DNA from: the human T2T-CHM13v2.0 reference genome, Homo sapiens
Reading direction: 5' to 3' (one strand)
Length of the DNA stretch: 64,000 nt
NCBI RefSeq assembly: GCF_009914755.1
Contig: NC_060931.1
In this document: positions 41,631 to 55,746 of the stretch, piece by piece
Numbering within the stretch: position 1 is the first letter of the stretch
Layout: each line of letters begins with the position of its first letter
Translations under genes and position numbers: made by a program
Notes under the pieces: generated by a model
What the model saw: the letters and a program-made list of their open reading frames with translations, nothing else
Databases searched by the model: none
What the model was told of the DNA's origin: nothing

Positions 41631-42719
41631 TATTGCAGGAATTCAGGGACCCTGAACGTAGGGACCGGCTGAAGTCATGGCAGAAGAACATAAATTGTGA
41701 AGATTTCATGGACATTTATTAGTTCCCCAAATTAATACTTTTATAATTTCTTACGCTTGTCTTTACTGCAGTCTCTGAACATAAATTGTGAAGATTTCAT
41801 GGACATTTATCACTTCCCCAATCAATACCCTTGTGATTTCCTATGCCTATCTTTACTTTAATCTCTTAATCCTATCATCTTCGCAAGCTGAGGAGGATGT
41901 ATGTCACCTCAGGACCGTGTGATTATTGCGTTAACTGCACAAATTGTTTGTAAAGCATGTGTGTTTGAACAATATGAAATCTGGGCACCTTGAAAAAAGA
42001 ACAGGATAACAGCAGTGTTCAGGGAACAAGAGAGATAACCTTAAACTCTGACTGCCAGTGATCTGGGCAGAACAGAGCCATATTTCTCTTCTTTCAAAAG
42101 CAAATAGGAGAAATATTGCTGAATTCTTTTTCTCAGCAAGGAACATCCCTGAGAAAGAGAATGCATCCCTGAGGGGAGGCCTCTAAAATGGCCGCTTTGG
42201 GGACGGCTGTCTTTTATGATCATAGCTGTGGAATGAAATAAGCCCCGGTCTCCTGTAGCGCTCCTAGGCTTATTAGGACGAGGAAATTCCTGCCTAATAA
42301 ATTTTGGTCAGACCGATTGTCTGCTCTCAAACTCTAGTTCCTGATAAGATGTTATCAATGACAATGCCTGCCTGAAACTTCATTAGCAATTTTAATTTTG
42401 CCCTGGTCCTGTGGTCCTGTGATCTCACCCTGACTCTGTTTACCTTGTGATATCTTATTACCTTGTGACACATGTGATCTCTGTGACTCACACCCTATTC
42501 GTACAATCCCTCCCCTTTTGAAAATCACTAATAAAAACTTGCTGGTTTTGCGGCTTGCGGGGCATCACGGAACCTGCCCACATGTGATGTCTCCTCCGGA
42601 CACTCAGCTTTAAAATTTCTGTCTTTTGTACTCTGTCCCTTTATTTCTCAGACCAGCCAACACTTAGGGAAAATAGAAAAGAACATACATGAAATATCAG
42701 AGGTGAATTTCACCTGATA
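41631..42719 (+). mobile_element. MER11 (C-like) solo LTR, HERV-K(HML-8)
   Basis: Start TATTGCAGGAATTCAGGGACCC, end GGTGAATTTCACCTGATA; perfect 6-bp TSD TATCAT (41625-41630, 42720-42725); AATAAA at 42530. Confidence 0.93.
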
Positions 42720-45700
42720 TATCATCAGAATTTTTTCTGTTTCACTAAGATCAGAAACTCAGAATTTCTGGCCCTTTCCACAAATTCCTCATTGTGACTT
42801 ATTTCTCCCCTTCTCACTGACTGTGTCTATTGTGTCTAACTGCTTTGTTACCCACATCACTCTCTTTACCATCACCTCAGCTACTGGTGGGACCCAACAC
42901 CTTTAGTTCCTCAACCCCTTTCGTCTGTTTTTTCCTCATACTTATCTTAGACCCTGATATTCTCTTATTTTGACAATGACTGGCTGCACTTTCAGCTAAA
43001 AATTTGTAACCTAGTATAAACACATAAATCAACTGTCAGTAAGGGTAGAGGAGGGTGTTAAATTGCAGTTTCCAGGCCATCATCTTCAAATTTTTCATTG
43101 CAGCAAGTCAAAGAGGGGTGATAAGGAATCTGGATTAATCATGAAAACACTCCAGGTGGTAGGACAGAATCTACCCCTTTTTAACAGTCATTGACTTTAA
43201 AATTGGTTCCCAAATCTAAAGTGCCAGACTCAAATTTTCCTCTAACTCTAGTCCTCATCTGTCTTTATTACCTAATTCATGAACCATTACATTATTTTCC
43301 ATCTTCTGTCACTTCCATCCTCTGGTCATATACAAACCACATGTGTACTCTGAAGGTGTTTTGATGCAATTGATTTGGTAGGCAATGGGGAGCCATGTGT
43401 TGTTTTATAAACAAGAAAGACAAACTTTTCAAGTGGTCAAGGTTCTTCTCAATATTATCCAAAAATTTATTATGGCTTTATCTCTAACTAGGCTTCTAAT
43501 TTGTGAATAAAATGATGTCTTATTCTCACTTAATCATCGTAGTGCTGAACTCCACTCCAGTTATGGGTGAGAACACAGTGACAGAATGTAAATGATTTGA
43601 TGTAGCTGCAGAGCTATTCACTTTGACAGCAGGCTATCTAATACCAGTGCATACTCTTTCCTTCACACTGTCCTGCAGATAGTAGGATTTCAGTAACCAT
43701 TATATGACTGGAGGAAGGAAGCAAGAAAGATAGGAAAGAAGGAAGTGAAGGAAGAGAGAATGACCAACTAGTGTTCAAGAAACACAAGCCATAAGTTCTA
43801 CGGTAACTACTCCAGAGGTATCATATCTACCACATCTCTCCATGAACTATATCATTTGTGGATTAAAAACTGAACTGTTATTTTATTGAACTGCAAACAG
43901 TAATACTGAAAATAATATATATCTCAATTCCACTTTGATAAAATTGAGTTTTCAAGCCTAACAGGATAATGTCAAGCTACTTATTGATCTGATAGAAAAC
44001 AAAAAGGTAAGGCATTATATAAATATAAGTAAATACGTGTTTTTTTTACCATTGAAGTGTGAACGAAATTGATATGGTTAAGAGATGGATGAACATGCAG
44101 TCAGAATGACAGAGATTACTATCAACCCAGCATGAAAGTATAGGACTGGGAAGATAATGGGTCTGATGAAATATAGAAAAAAAAATAAGGAAGTCAATAA
44201 ACACATGAATAAGATCTGAGTCAGGCAGAATGAGTAAAATAAATACTATAAAGAACAAGAGAGACAGAGTCATAGTGAAAGAGAGAGAGAAATTGAAACT
44301 GAGATTTCCACGATGGAAAAAGAATTAGCCAGAAGGCAGCTTAGGCAAATGGGGGCGATGCGGTTTGCCTGACTCTCTGCCTGTAGAAACACGCATCATC
44401 ATTCTAATGAGAACCTTGGGGAACAAGAAAACATCATAGCAGCACAGGAGGTAATGGGACCCTCCTAAACAGGACTGGTGGGACTGCACCTGGTGTTCAG
44501 ACCCAGGCTTCTCATTATCCAAAAGGTGCAGGGAAGCTGGAAGGAGTTCAGAGACATGATGGAAAAATGATTAAGATACAAAGAAAGATGATTTCTGATG
44601 GAAGATTAAAGCACTAAAGAAGCTCAACTTGGATGAGCAACAAGTTGATAGACAAAGTACCTCTCTGCAAACCAGTAAAAGATATCAAAACTCTGGGGGA
44701 AGAAAGTATTATTTAATTTTTTACTAGGAGAAGAGGTTTATGAAGAATAATTGCAATGAAGCAGAAAAGAAGTCAACCCTAAAATTAGGAAGTGAAGTAT
44801 AAAAATGCAAGCAATGACTACTTGCACGTATGGAGGAGGGGAATGGATAACATCAGTCGGACAATGTAAATAAAATACAGGCAACTTGACCACACAGAGG
44901 GTGACCATGATTCTGGAAGACAACACAATCAACATAAAATAAGGAAATATCAGAAAATTAATAATAATTCAAACTCAATTTCCAAAGGGACTAAAAATTT
45001 TAGCTTTATCTTCCATGTTTTGTTGTTACACTAGTCTTCACCTGAAATAGTAAATTAATTCAGCAGTTTCCAGAAGGGAACTAAATAAAATCAAATAATT
45101 GGTCCTTTTAACATGGCTTACAGTGATTCTTTGTGTTGGTTTGCAAATTAATATTTTAAAATATTAAAATGTGAATGAATCACTCACATAATTAGCAGGG
45201 GTAAATATAAAATATATAAATAACATATAGATAGATACAGAAATAAATCATAAATATTTTATAATGTTTTAATCATAAAATTGTTCCTCCCTCCCCTGCT
45301 GTAACTTTGCAGGGTATGAAAAACCCAGGCACCCATGGCCTCTGGAGGGGCAAAGAAGACAGGGCTGGAACTGAGGATGGTTGCGGGTGGAGTAGGCGGG
45401 GAGAGTTGCAAGAAGCAGGAAGAGAGGAAAACAACTACCATTCACGTAGGAGTGAGATGGCTCTTCACAGAAGGAAGCAAACAATTCTTAGGTGGGACTT
45501 ACTTAACCATATGTTGCATGTACATATAGGCCAATCTGTGTTTTTTTCTATGAATCACTCTGTAATACCCATTATAGGAAGAAACTGAACTACCCACACA
45601 GGTATTATTTTTGGATTATGATATTTGAGTTAGCAAAACAGGTATGTCATCCACTATCTTACAACTTAAATATTCACAGTGCCGCATACAAATATATTTT

Positions 45701-45924
45701 TATTAAAACTCAAAGTGAAGATTTCTGCATTTTAAGAAACATCTGATGCACAATAGAAAACTCTGAAGAAATGAAATTCTCACTCTAGTCAGACTGTCCA
45801 TTTGTTTTCATTTTATGTGTTTGCTTGTCTGATAAACACTCATCTCTGTGCTTTGAGAGTCAATATAATAATAATCTGTACCTGTTTCGTAGCTGTTCCC
45901 AATTTGTAAAACGTGTTTTTTTTT

Positions 45925-46105
45925 TAAATCTCATCTTAATTTCAGCTTTGGAGTTAGATATTCCTCATCCTCTGTTTCACAAGTAACAAAGCAAGAATCA
46001 GAGGGGTTTCTGAGCAGCCAAAGTCAAGTAGAAAGAAGGGCTAACAACAGCAAAGACCTGCATCCTCCAACTGCCCAACAAGTGATCCTTCCACTGCACT
46101 GTATG
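45925..46105 (-). mobile_element. MIR (old, b/c-like)
   Basis: Degenerate antisense core ending CTTCCACTGCACTG. Confidence 0.55.
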
Positions 46106-46994
46106 TCCTGCGCAATTCATGTACTAAGTCACAGCATCAGTAAACACAGAGTTAACAAAACAGTGATTATTGCATAAAACCACACCCTTATCATAAGTTT
46201 GTTGGGAATCATTAAAAGTGAAATTATTGTGAAAGAAAAATGAAAGAAGCAGGTGACGTAGATCAGGTAAAAATTAATAATAACAAAAGTTATTAGCTTA
46301 AGTTTCCAGAATGCATAGCCATTTGTTTTCATTGAATGACCTTTGTTTTCTAAGAATGACATGTCATAGTTGATTAAAATGCAACTCATGCCACAGTGAA
46401 AAAAAGCCAGAAATTTCAGGTAGGTTTCAGCATTTAGAACAAAAGGACACTCTAAAGATGCAGTGGAGTGGAGCAGTAAGTGGAAGGAAGAACAATATGG
46501 GAAACGTGTACTGGGAGGGTGAGGAAAACCTGAGGAAGAACGTGGAAAAAGACTGGAAGCTCTGTCAAGTTTCCAGAAACTGAAAACAAGCATATGCACA
46601 AAAAGAAACTTGACAACGTCTTCCTAAATGCACCAAGGAGCAATCTGCAGAACAGAAGGTTCCAGTAGCTGAGAGGAAATACACTTAGCAGAGGCAAACA
46701 TCATCTTGGAACTGACTGAAAGGAAAATAACATTTAAAATGTTCAGACTCCTTGGAAGACAGAAGTAAAGGAACTGAGTCAGCGACTGAATGTCATAAGG
46801 CAGAGGTTTAGAGGCCGAGGACATCCAAGGAGGTGAGCTAACGAGAAGGAAAGACAAGGATGTGAAGTAAGAATATAAAAGAAGTATATACATATCCAAA
46901 ATATACAGTAAGATTAGAAAGTAAAACAGAATACAAAGAAAAGAAAAAAAAAGGCACTTGGAAAGTGGCCTCTCCATGAAAGTGAGCCAATGCT

Positions 46995-47228
46995 TGTGCA
47001 GCAGTGAAGAACTTAAACTCTAAAATCAAACTGCCTGGTTCCACATTCTATCTTGACAGCTTAGTAGGAGGAAATTGGGGCAAGTTATTTAATCACTCTA
47101 TACCTCAGTTTCTTCACTTGAAAAAGGAGAAAGTAATATCACCCACCACACAATAAATCAAGAGAATTCAGTAAGAAAATTGTTATAAAGCAAAGAATAC
47201 AGTGCTTGTCACCAGAGTGAACAGTAAA
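46995..47228 (+). mobile_element. MIR
   Basis: ACTGCCTGGTTC..GGGCAAGTTATTTAATCACTCTATACCTCAGTTTCTTCA. Confidence 0.8.
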
Positions 47229-47809
47229 ACATAATCTTAATTTCCAAAGTCTTGAAAGATTTATAATACTTCAAAGATCAGAAATGGAATCTGGAAAAAA
47301 AAAGGCTATAAAAATGATCAGCATGATGGAAAAATAAGAAAAAAAGAATCAACTCTCCAACAGAAAGGATAACAGGACAGTAGGAAATAACTAGGTAATT
47401 TAAAGATGAATTTTTTAAAGTAATGAATAAAGTGAAAGATGTTACTTAAAATTTATCTGATCCAAGACAATTTACTATGAAAAATGTAAATTCATGGAAA
47501 ATGGGCAAAGAAGCCCCTTATTTCTGAAAGACCCAATTCAGAAATCCAGCTTTAATCATTTAAAGTGGCTCACTTATTCTCATTCCCAGAATTGCTTTCA
47601 ACCAGCCAAATGTTTCAATCCTGATTCAAGTAAATAACCAAGCATTTCGTATCTGAATGCTTTTCAGAAACAGTAAGGAAAGGTAATTTTTGCCAATCTT
47701 TCAAATATAACTTGAACTGAGTAAAGTTACAGACTCCCATTCTAACAAGAAAAGCTTCAATTTTCATGTTATAAATTTTTATTTTGTAAATGGAAACATC
47801 AATAATAAG

Positions 47810-48035
47810 TAATAATCACCAATCTTTTTTGAATGTTTACTATGAAATAAACTCTACACATCTTATTTCAGACTCTTTTGGAAAACTTTTCAAAATGCTA
47901 ATTAGTTTGCAATAAAGTTGATGCTCAGAGAAGTGTAGTGAGTGCTTCAGGTCTTACAGTCAGTCAGTAGCAGAGCATGGATTTGAATAAAGGTCTATTT
48001 GAGCAAAAGTATGTCCTTTTCATAACGTTGCTACA
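47810..48035 (-). mobile_element. MIR
   Basis: TTGAATGTTTACTATG..TGATGCTCAGAGAAGT..AGTAGCAGAGCATGGATTTGAA. Confidence 0.65.
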
Positions 48036-48786
48036 TGGGAGCCTTCACTGAATAATAACTTGAACTAAGTCACTACATAATATCACTGTATAATGATACC
48101 ACCTATCACGGATTTAAACTAGTTATTTAAACTAGTTGTTATTGTTTGTTTTAACCCAAACCTATCTCTATCTGTATGTATCTATACATATACTTATTTA
48201 TCTAAACTCCTATGAACTTGATAACAAAATTTCTTAAAATCTAAGCAGATAGAGAGCATTTTTGAGCTGCCAATCTTTAAAACATATTTTTTTGGAAAGG
48301 AAAATTAGATTCCCTTAGTCATTATAAGTTCTCATAGTCTGAGCATCTCCGCAAGCTGCATTTGATTTTCATGCTTAAAGATGCATGGATTTCTTCATAC
48401 AACACAGCCTCTAAAGACAAGCCAATTACTTCATCTGGTGCTGAAGTGAAGAAAGTGACTTGACACAGGAGGAAAACTTTCAGTGTTGTAGTTTATTGAA
48501 AGACTGAATGTCAGCCACTTTTGTGGCACACAAATTTTGTATAATACATTTTATATATTACATTAGGATTTGTCTGGATAATGTTGACAGTAGGAAATTT
48601 CAACTTTAAATATTGATTTTAGAACTTAGAACCTGTATAAAACTCAACTCCATTGTATTTGTAGCTGGTAAATAAAATGTGGCCTTTTATTCAAGGAAAC
48701 AACAGGCACTTAGAGATATAAAACATGTATACAAAGAGCTGTAATTTAGGCAGAATGAAAGTGCTATACAAGAAATATAGAAGATG

Positions 48787-49081
48787 TCATTTAGCGTTAG
48801 GTATATCTCCTAATGCTATCCCTCCCCCTTCCCCCCAACCCCACAACAGTCCCCAGTGTGTGATGTTCCCCTTCCTGTGTCCCTGTGTTCTCATTGTTCA
48901 ATTCCCACCTATGAGTGAGAACATGCAGTGTTTGGTTTTTTGTCCTTGCGATAGACGAGTTAATGGGTGCAGCACACCAACATGGCACATGTATACATGT
49001 GTAACGAACCTGCACGTTGTGCACATGTACCCTAAAACTTAAAGTATAATAATAATAAAACTTTTTTATGTAAATTAAAAA
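48787..49081 (+). mobile_element. Short 5'-inverted L1PA3/4-like insertion into an old L2
   Basis: Antisense 48787-48954, sense from 48955; 17-bp TSD AAGAAATATAGAAGATG at 48770-48786 and 49082-49098. Confidence 0.95.
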
Positions 49082-50314
49082 AAGAAATATAGAAGATGAA
49101 TTAAATGGTAAAAAAAAAACTTCTAGAGTGAGATGGATAGGAGATGTAGTAGAATCAAAGAAAATTTCACAGTAGAGAAATCATTTAAACGAGAGTTTGT
49201 GAATAGATAATGTTTCAATAGACACATAAGATACGACGTGAGAAAGACGTGATGTAATAGTTTCATGTGACTAAGATAAACACGGGCTAAACTGCAAAGT
49301 TAGATTACAACCCAATCATGACAAGGGTATTGTGTTTACACTGGATTCTGCCATCACTTGTAGTAGGGAGTGAATGACACCAGAGGTGTCCAAACAGGCC
49401 AGTCACTTTATTTGAGTTTACCTTATCAGGAGAAAATCATGCTTCACCCACAATAGTTTCATCACCTGTGATTTTTCAATATCTGAGTACATATGCATAC
49501 CATCTTTTAAAAAGTTCACAATATATTTCTTTAAAACCAATTCAGGTAATTCCCTTTAAACTAAGAAGGACATCAGTTATTCCTGACAATTATTCTCATA
49601 TAAAATAGGAGCAAGTATGTGGCATAAGTCTCCTTTTATGGAGAAAATATGTGGTAGAGAAAGCAATCACGCATCTCAAACACTACAAAGTATTTCCAAA
49701 GGTCAGCCTTTTACAGAAATATTCAGAGAAGATGCTAAAAACAAGAGGCAAGGGAAAATGCAGATGGGTTCATATACCTTAAAAGGACATATATTATTCC
49801 TAACAAAATTATATAAATATGTACCTGAGTATATAATGCGCTTCATCAATTTTTTAATCAGTAGAGGAAGGTGCCAAGAATACGGTTAATGGCATAAACA
49901 GGTTTAATAATCATGAGAATCTAATTTGCTTGGAATGATACTGTTCTTACTTTATTTACTACTATATTTCATATACCTACACACATATACACATTCAAAC
50001 ATGCTATATATATACACGTCATACTTAATGTTGTTAGTTTTGCTTACATTATGTATTTTTCTACACGATGTTGATCTTACCAAATAAAGTTTTACTAACA
50101 ATGATAAAGGTTCTTAAATACAATATCCTAACTTGGTTAGGGCTTATGATAAAATGAGAAGAAAAATATGAGTTAGAAAACTAATAAAATAGTTCAGGCA
50201 AAAGAACATGAAAGTTTGAATCATAGTGTTGGCAGTGACGATGGAAAGGAGGCAAGTTTTAAGAAAACTTGCTGAAGTGATTGGAAAAAAAGAGCAAAGG
50301 AAAGTGATAATAAT

Positions 50315-50550
50315 AGTAGCTAACATTTATGAGGTATTACTAAGGACCAGACATTATTCTAAGTTGTGAACACATATTAACTCAATCCACACAGTAATTT
50401 ATTAAATACTCTTAACACTTCATTTGCAGATGTTGAATCTAAGGCATAGAGAGATAAAGCAAATTGCCCAAGGCTACAAGCTTGTTAGTGACAGAATTGG
50501 GATGGGAACCCAGGTGGGACTAGGTTCACAGGACCTTCTCTGTATTGCAT
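50315..50550 (-). mobile_element. MIR embedded in L2 remnants (about 50140-51250)
   Basis: AGCTAACATTTATGAG..TTTGCAGATG..AGGCATAGAGAG..TTGCCCAAGGCTAC..GAACCCAGG. Confidence 0.8.
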
Positions 50551-52413
50551 TAGAGATGACTGATGTGTAAAGTTCAAATTACTAGCCGTATGGTGCTGAT
50601 AAAAATAAAGAAAAGAGGTTCAGTGAGTCGGTAAGGGAAAAAATAAAAAATGAAAGCCCCGTTTTATTTTTGACATTTTATATCTGAAGGGCTGGAAGAA
50701 CTTTAAAGTGGATAAGAAAACATGAGTTAGAGGTTTTGTACAAAGGTGATAATGGATTATAGCCAAAGCAACTGATCAGAACTATTATCTAAGTGATGGT
50801 GTACAGTGAATGTGAATGTAAATTACCAAATTAAACAAACTTTAATTGAAAAAATGTCCTGAAATCAATACAAACATATTGGCCTTAGAGAAATATCCAT
50901 TAGGATGGCTGGAGAAACAGCAGATATTTCATTAGACACAGGTAAACTGAGACCCGCCTGAAGATCATAAAAAGCCAAAACAATATTATGTTTCATCATG
51001 CAGGGAGCTATATCAACTACATTGAAATGTCAAGAGTTGAAATGTTATAATAGGCTGAAACATTTTGCTTGCAATGCCTCATCTGGAGGTCTTGGCTGGT
51101 TAAATAGAGAAGTGAGGCCAAGAGTATCTGGAAATATGCAGAACAGTCAAGGGTGGTGATGTTCTCATAGAAACATAAAGCATTTCAACGGGAATGAAGG
51201 AAAGTAATGAGAAAGCTAGAAGGATCGGTGGTTGTGTTATAAATTTTCACCTTTGAATGATATAATTTACTGTGAAGCTGATACTAATGTTGGACGTCTA
51301 TTTGTGGTAGATTAGTAAGAATGTGACTTTGCCCATAAAATTATCTTAATTTATTGTTATAAATACACGAAATATCTTCAAGAAGCATTATAAGCATTCA
51401 AGGTCTACCTGTATAGAGGTATAATCAAAAGGCCAATATATTTAAGAAGGAAGGGTGTATTTTCATTGTCAAATCCCCAGTTTAAAAAAAATACATCTAA
51501 AACTTGGGGAATTATTATTCCAGGAAGGATGGAATTTCCCTCTACAGGAAAATATCTACAACTGAAAGATATAATGCAATAAATAAATACATGATTTAAA
51601 AGAAAAATAAGACTGCACATCTGCTTCCTGATAGAATTATGATGAATACATTGGGAAATGTTTCTTTTGGTTTCTATTATTAAAGGTGACCACATCAAGA
51701 AAGCATGATATTGTGTAAAAACATTATCTTTCTCTTTGTTCACATCCAGATAACAAATAGAAAATGGTAATACTTTAGATAAGTCTACCTCTCACAGACA
51801 AACAGCTATAAACAAAACACTAGTAGGGGTACTCTATACTGTTCCCATGCATATTTTTGATAACGACATATATTTTGGACTGGGGTGTATATAATAATTG
51901 AAAAGTTTGACAGAATTTTATACTTTTCTTATCATAGTCTAATGGCTGAAATAGATTAATCAACCTGTGGCTCTTATTATTTTTTAAAGACAACTATAAA
52001 TATGTGGAAAATGGCCCATCTCTACCTACAGAGCCTACCCATTGCTTAATATTTGGGTGGCTTGGTGGAGAGAGGATGCAGTCAGACAGTAGTCCCAAGA
52101 AAGTTTCATCCTTTCTACAGGCTAGTCAGAACAAGTTTTCCAAGCAATATCTAACAGCAAATACTACTTAACTTTTTATCAATGTATGACCTATTTTTAA
52201 TTCTTATTTTAAAACACTTCTGTGACTATTAGTTGTCACCATGCTTTGATGTAAATGTCAACAATTCTGGCAGTACAGGCTTCTTTCTAAATTAGTTGTC
52301 AACCTCACTAAGAAGCAAAAAGTTTACTCTTGTGGGAATGAAGAGGCTTCAGTTGTAATCTCAGCTCTGTGATAACTCAGTCATGTGCCTATGAGCACAC
52401 TACAACTAGTGTC

Positions 52414-52497
52414 TCAGATTGGTGCAAAAGTAATTGCGGTTTCTGCAATTTTTTTTTTTTTTTTTTTTTAATTTTAATTACTTTTGCACCAACCTAA
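52414..52497. mobile_element. MADE1 (Hsmar1 MITE) with centre and part of right arm replaced by T21
   Basis: TTGGTGCAAAAGTAATTGCGG ... AATTACTTTTGCACCAACCTAA terminal inverted repeats. Confidence 0.92.
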
Positions 52498-52630
52498 GAA
52501 TTGGATTATGAATTACTCAAGCCCAGAGCTATTCCCCTCTGAACACTTAGCACTTATCTTAAATTATATATATATCTGTGTGTCTGTATATATATAAATA
52601 TATTCATGTTTAAGGAAGGAAAGGTGACAA

Positions 52631-52700
52631 AGAAAGAAAGAAAGAAAGATGAAAGAAAGAAAGAAAGAAAGAAAGAAAGAAAAGAAAGAAAGAAAAAGAG
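52631..52700. repeat. (GAAA)n tract
   Basis: Seen directly. Confidence 0.93.
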
Positions 52701-55700
52701 AAACAAGGAGGGCAGTAAAGCGTTGGGGCAGGGGAAGGAATTCAAACCAGCTTGTGCTCAGTTGTCCATGTAAAATTAAGAAATTTAGACAATATCTCAG
52801 TTTGCTTTTTTATTCTGAAATACTATGAGTTCATGAGATAAATTAGATAAAAAATATTTTATCATTATTTTCTTATACTATGAGTCCATGAGATACATTA
52901 GAAAAAAATTATTTTATCATTAGCTTATTAATTAGAAGGATTTTCAAATAAATATTCTGAAACTGACAGTTTGTCAAGGCTTATACTCCAATTATGTCCA
53001 AGACTGAAATTAAACAAAACAAAGAAACAAACAAAGAAAAACCTTCAGACACTAGTTCTGTTAAACAAGTTTTAACAAAATGCAGCTTGTTGGAGAAATT
53101 CAAAAATTATTTAGTGGATATGCACTAATTTAATATATTTAGAATAAAATTGAACTTTAGAGACACTGCTTTCTGAACACTAACAGGTTGTCTGCTACTT
53201 TCACATAGTATATTTTGCTCCTGACATTCTTTTGAATGAAGATAACCTAAAGCGAAATGGGCTGATAGTAAGGAGGCAAAATAGAGTACTTAGAACATTT
53301 TCATAGCTTATCAACTTAATGATACGGAGGTTAAAATGTCCATCCTTCCATCTAACACATGTTTTAAATTAAATCAATACTGCCACCTAAGAGACTGATT
53401 TTGGATATCTTTGATTGAGAAAAGGATAATCATTTTAAGTCTTTCTGATTCTAACAAAAATTGGAAAAGAAGAGCTGTGGTATCTGTTTCATTATTTATT
53501 TAAACAAAAATATTTTACTGATGCTACATACAACTCAGGATTTTAGATTCTTTTTTCAAAACTCTACTTACATTTTTTTTCATTTGCAGATACAAAACAA
53601 CTATTGATCACTATGCTAGGTATCACACAGAATGAATATGAAATGTGGAACTATCAGTTCTTAAGAACTGATAGATTGCTAGTGAGACAAAGTGTCCATA
53701 TAAAATAGTTTTAAATTTAAATTATTTATTTTGATGTGTGAATGTGTGTTTGTGAATGTGAAAATAAAAAAAAGTTCATTATATATGTGATCTGGTTTGG
53801 TATTCTGATGGACGGAGAAGGTGAGATGTGATTTGGTTTTTAAAAAATAGAATAGCAAAAGATTTAAAAAAAGAGAGAGCGAGAAAGAAGGAATTCCATT
53901 CAGGATGAACAGCATGAGCAATGCTGGGCCCTAAATATTAAACATACATGACAACAAAATAAGTGTTCACTACTTTATTTCACAAAATAAATATTAGTAA
54001 GATTACCATTGGTTTCTATTTCTAGTTCTATGATGTATGTTTGAAAGTTGATGCCTGTACAAACCTATTTTCTGTATCTCATTATTTTAGTAGTCTGAAA
54101 CAGTCATCTTCCTTTAGCAGGAAAAAAGATCATGAGGTATTCTGTATACTGCTAGAATCCAGTCTGACCTCAGACTTCTATGTATGTGGAAAGATATTTC
54201 TTGTTCCATTGTGAATTTTGGGAACAACACAACAATCATTTCAAAAAGTGTAATATCAATGGGAAGGTTTGAATCTCAGGGAATCTAGGTCCTGAGAGAT
54301 ATATAAAAAGTTCTATGTCAGGCAGAGTGATTTGAATATAGAATAGGGCAAAATCATAAACCATGTGAATATCAGGCAGTTAAAGTCTGACATAATAGTC
54401 TAATAAATTATTTCTTATAATTTCTCTGGTATTCTTCTTTTATATTCTCATTACCATTGCAATAGTCTAGCCCATATCACATATGTGAAAGGGTTAATTA
54501 ATCTCCTTGAAAATTATTCATAGGTTCATCTTCCCAAGACACTAACTCTTGGGTTATTTCATTGTTCAAAAATATTCAGTGGTTCCCTATCAACTATGGA
54601 ATAAAATTCAAATTCCAAGTCCTAGCATTTCAAGTTTCTGCAACCAATAGAACATGCTTAATATATACTGGTGAGAAGACATCAAAACACTAGTGTTGAC
54701 TTTTAAAATAACAATGGTGTCAGGCACCAGAATAGATTATTTCTTTATTTACTCTCTTTAAAACTCATTGCATTTTGGATGCAAAATTGTCATTTATCTC
54801 TATCTCAATATATAAGTATACTAAGGCGGATACAGTTAAATAACTCCAATTTTCTCAAATAATTAATAGAATAATTGTAATTGTGACTCAAAAGTGAGCT
54901 TCCTTTCCACCAAAAGACAGTGTACACACTTGTGCATACAAAGTCACAACCAGTAGGAGACGGCATGTGGTGAAATCATAAGAATGTAAACCCTTAAGTG
55001 GATGATCCATTGCTGTAGACTAGGGCCTACTGGAAAAGCAACAAGGCTGAGAGGTTAGAGTTAATAATTTATGTGTATTTCCCATTTAAATAATAACTGG
55101 AATGAGCAAAGTGAATGGGTCAGTGAACAAAGTCTATAGAGAGAAAAAGAACAGAACCGTGGACAAAGAGAATGTAGTGAGAGGAGGAGAAAGCAACCAT
55201 GATGGAGCTAGAAAGGGAACAGTCAGGGGAAACCCGGGAATTATGGGGGCCTCAAAATAAGAACCCACATGATAGTCCTAGGATTGTTCCATCTTCCCTA
55301 CCTGTGTTCATTCCTGGGCTATGGACCTGGAACAACCATTATTACCTTGATCAAGATCAACCTTTTTTTAGTGACCTGGAACTACTCAGAAAACCCACTG
55401 TTTGATAGGCAGGTCCCTTGAATAACACCTAAAGGTAATAATTTGAAAAAGGACACCCTTTATGTCGCCCACAAAATAATTAAAAATTAATATTGTTTAT
55501 CTCATTTACTAAAAATCTCACAGAGAATCAAGCCAGCAAATTTATAATACGTATTCACTAAAGTAATAAATAAAATTACATAAGGAATGAGTGAATTTAT
55601 ATATAAAAAAGGAAAAATAAAACAAAAATGAACTTTGAATTGACTTGACTCAGTTTTAGTCTTTAAAATTGTTTCCTTCTCTTGATTTGCTCTAACAAAA

Positions 55701-55746
55701 TTATCCTTAAGGACTCAGGGAATAGAAAATGACACATGCTAAAGCG

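Noticed and set aside
41686-41820. Direct repeat GAACATAAATTGTGAAGATTTCATGGACATTTAT (twice)
   Set aside because: As I recall, an intrinsic feature of the MER11 consensus, not a locus-specific event or a CRISPR-like array
45290-45500. G-rich stretch with overlapping ORFs and a GTAAGT donor-like site on the minus strand
   Set aside because: No convincing paired acceptor, CpG island or coding signal; cannot be supported without transcript data
48112-48137. 13-bp tandem duplication ATTTAAACTAGTT (also short ones near 8055, 13883 and 33776)
   Set aside because: Ordinary slippage micro-duplications
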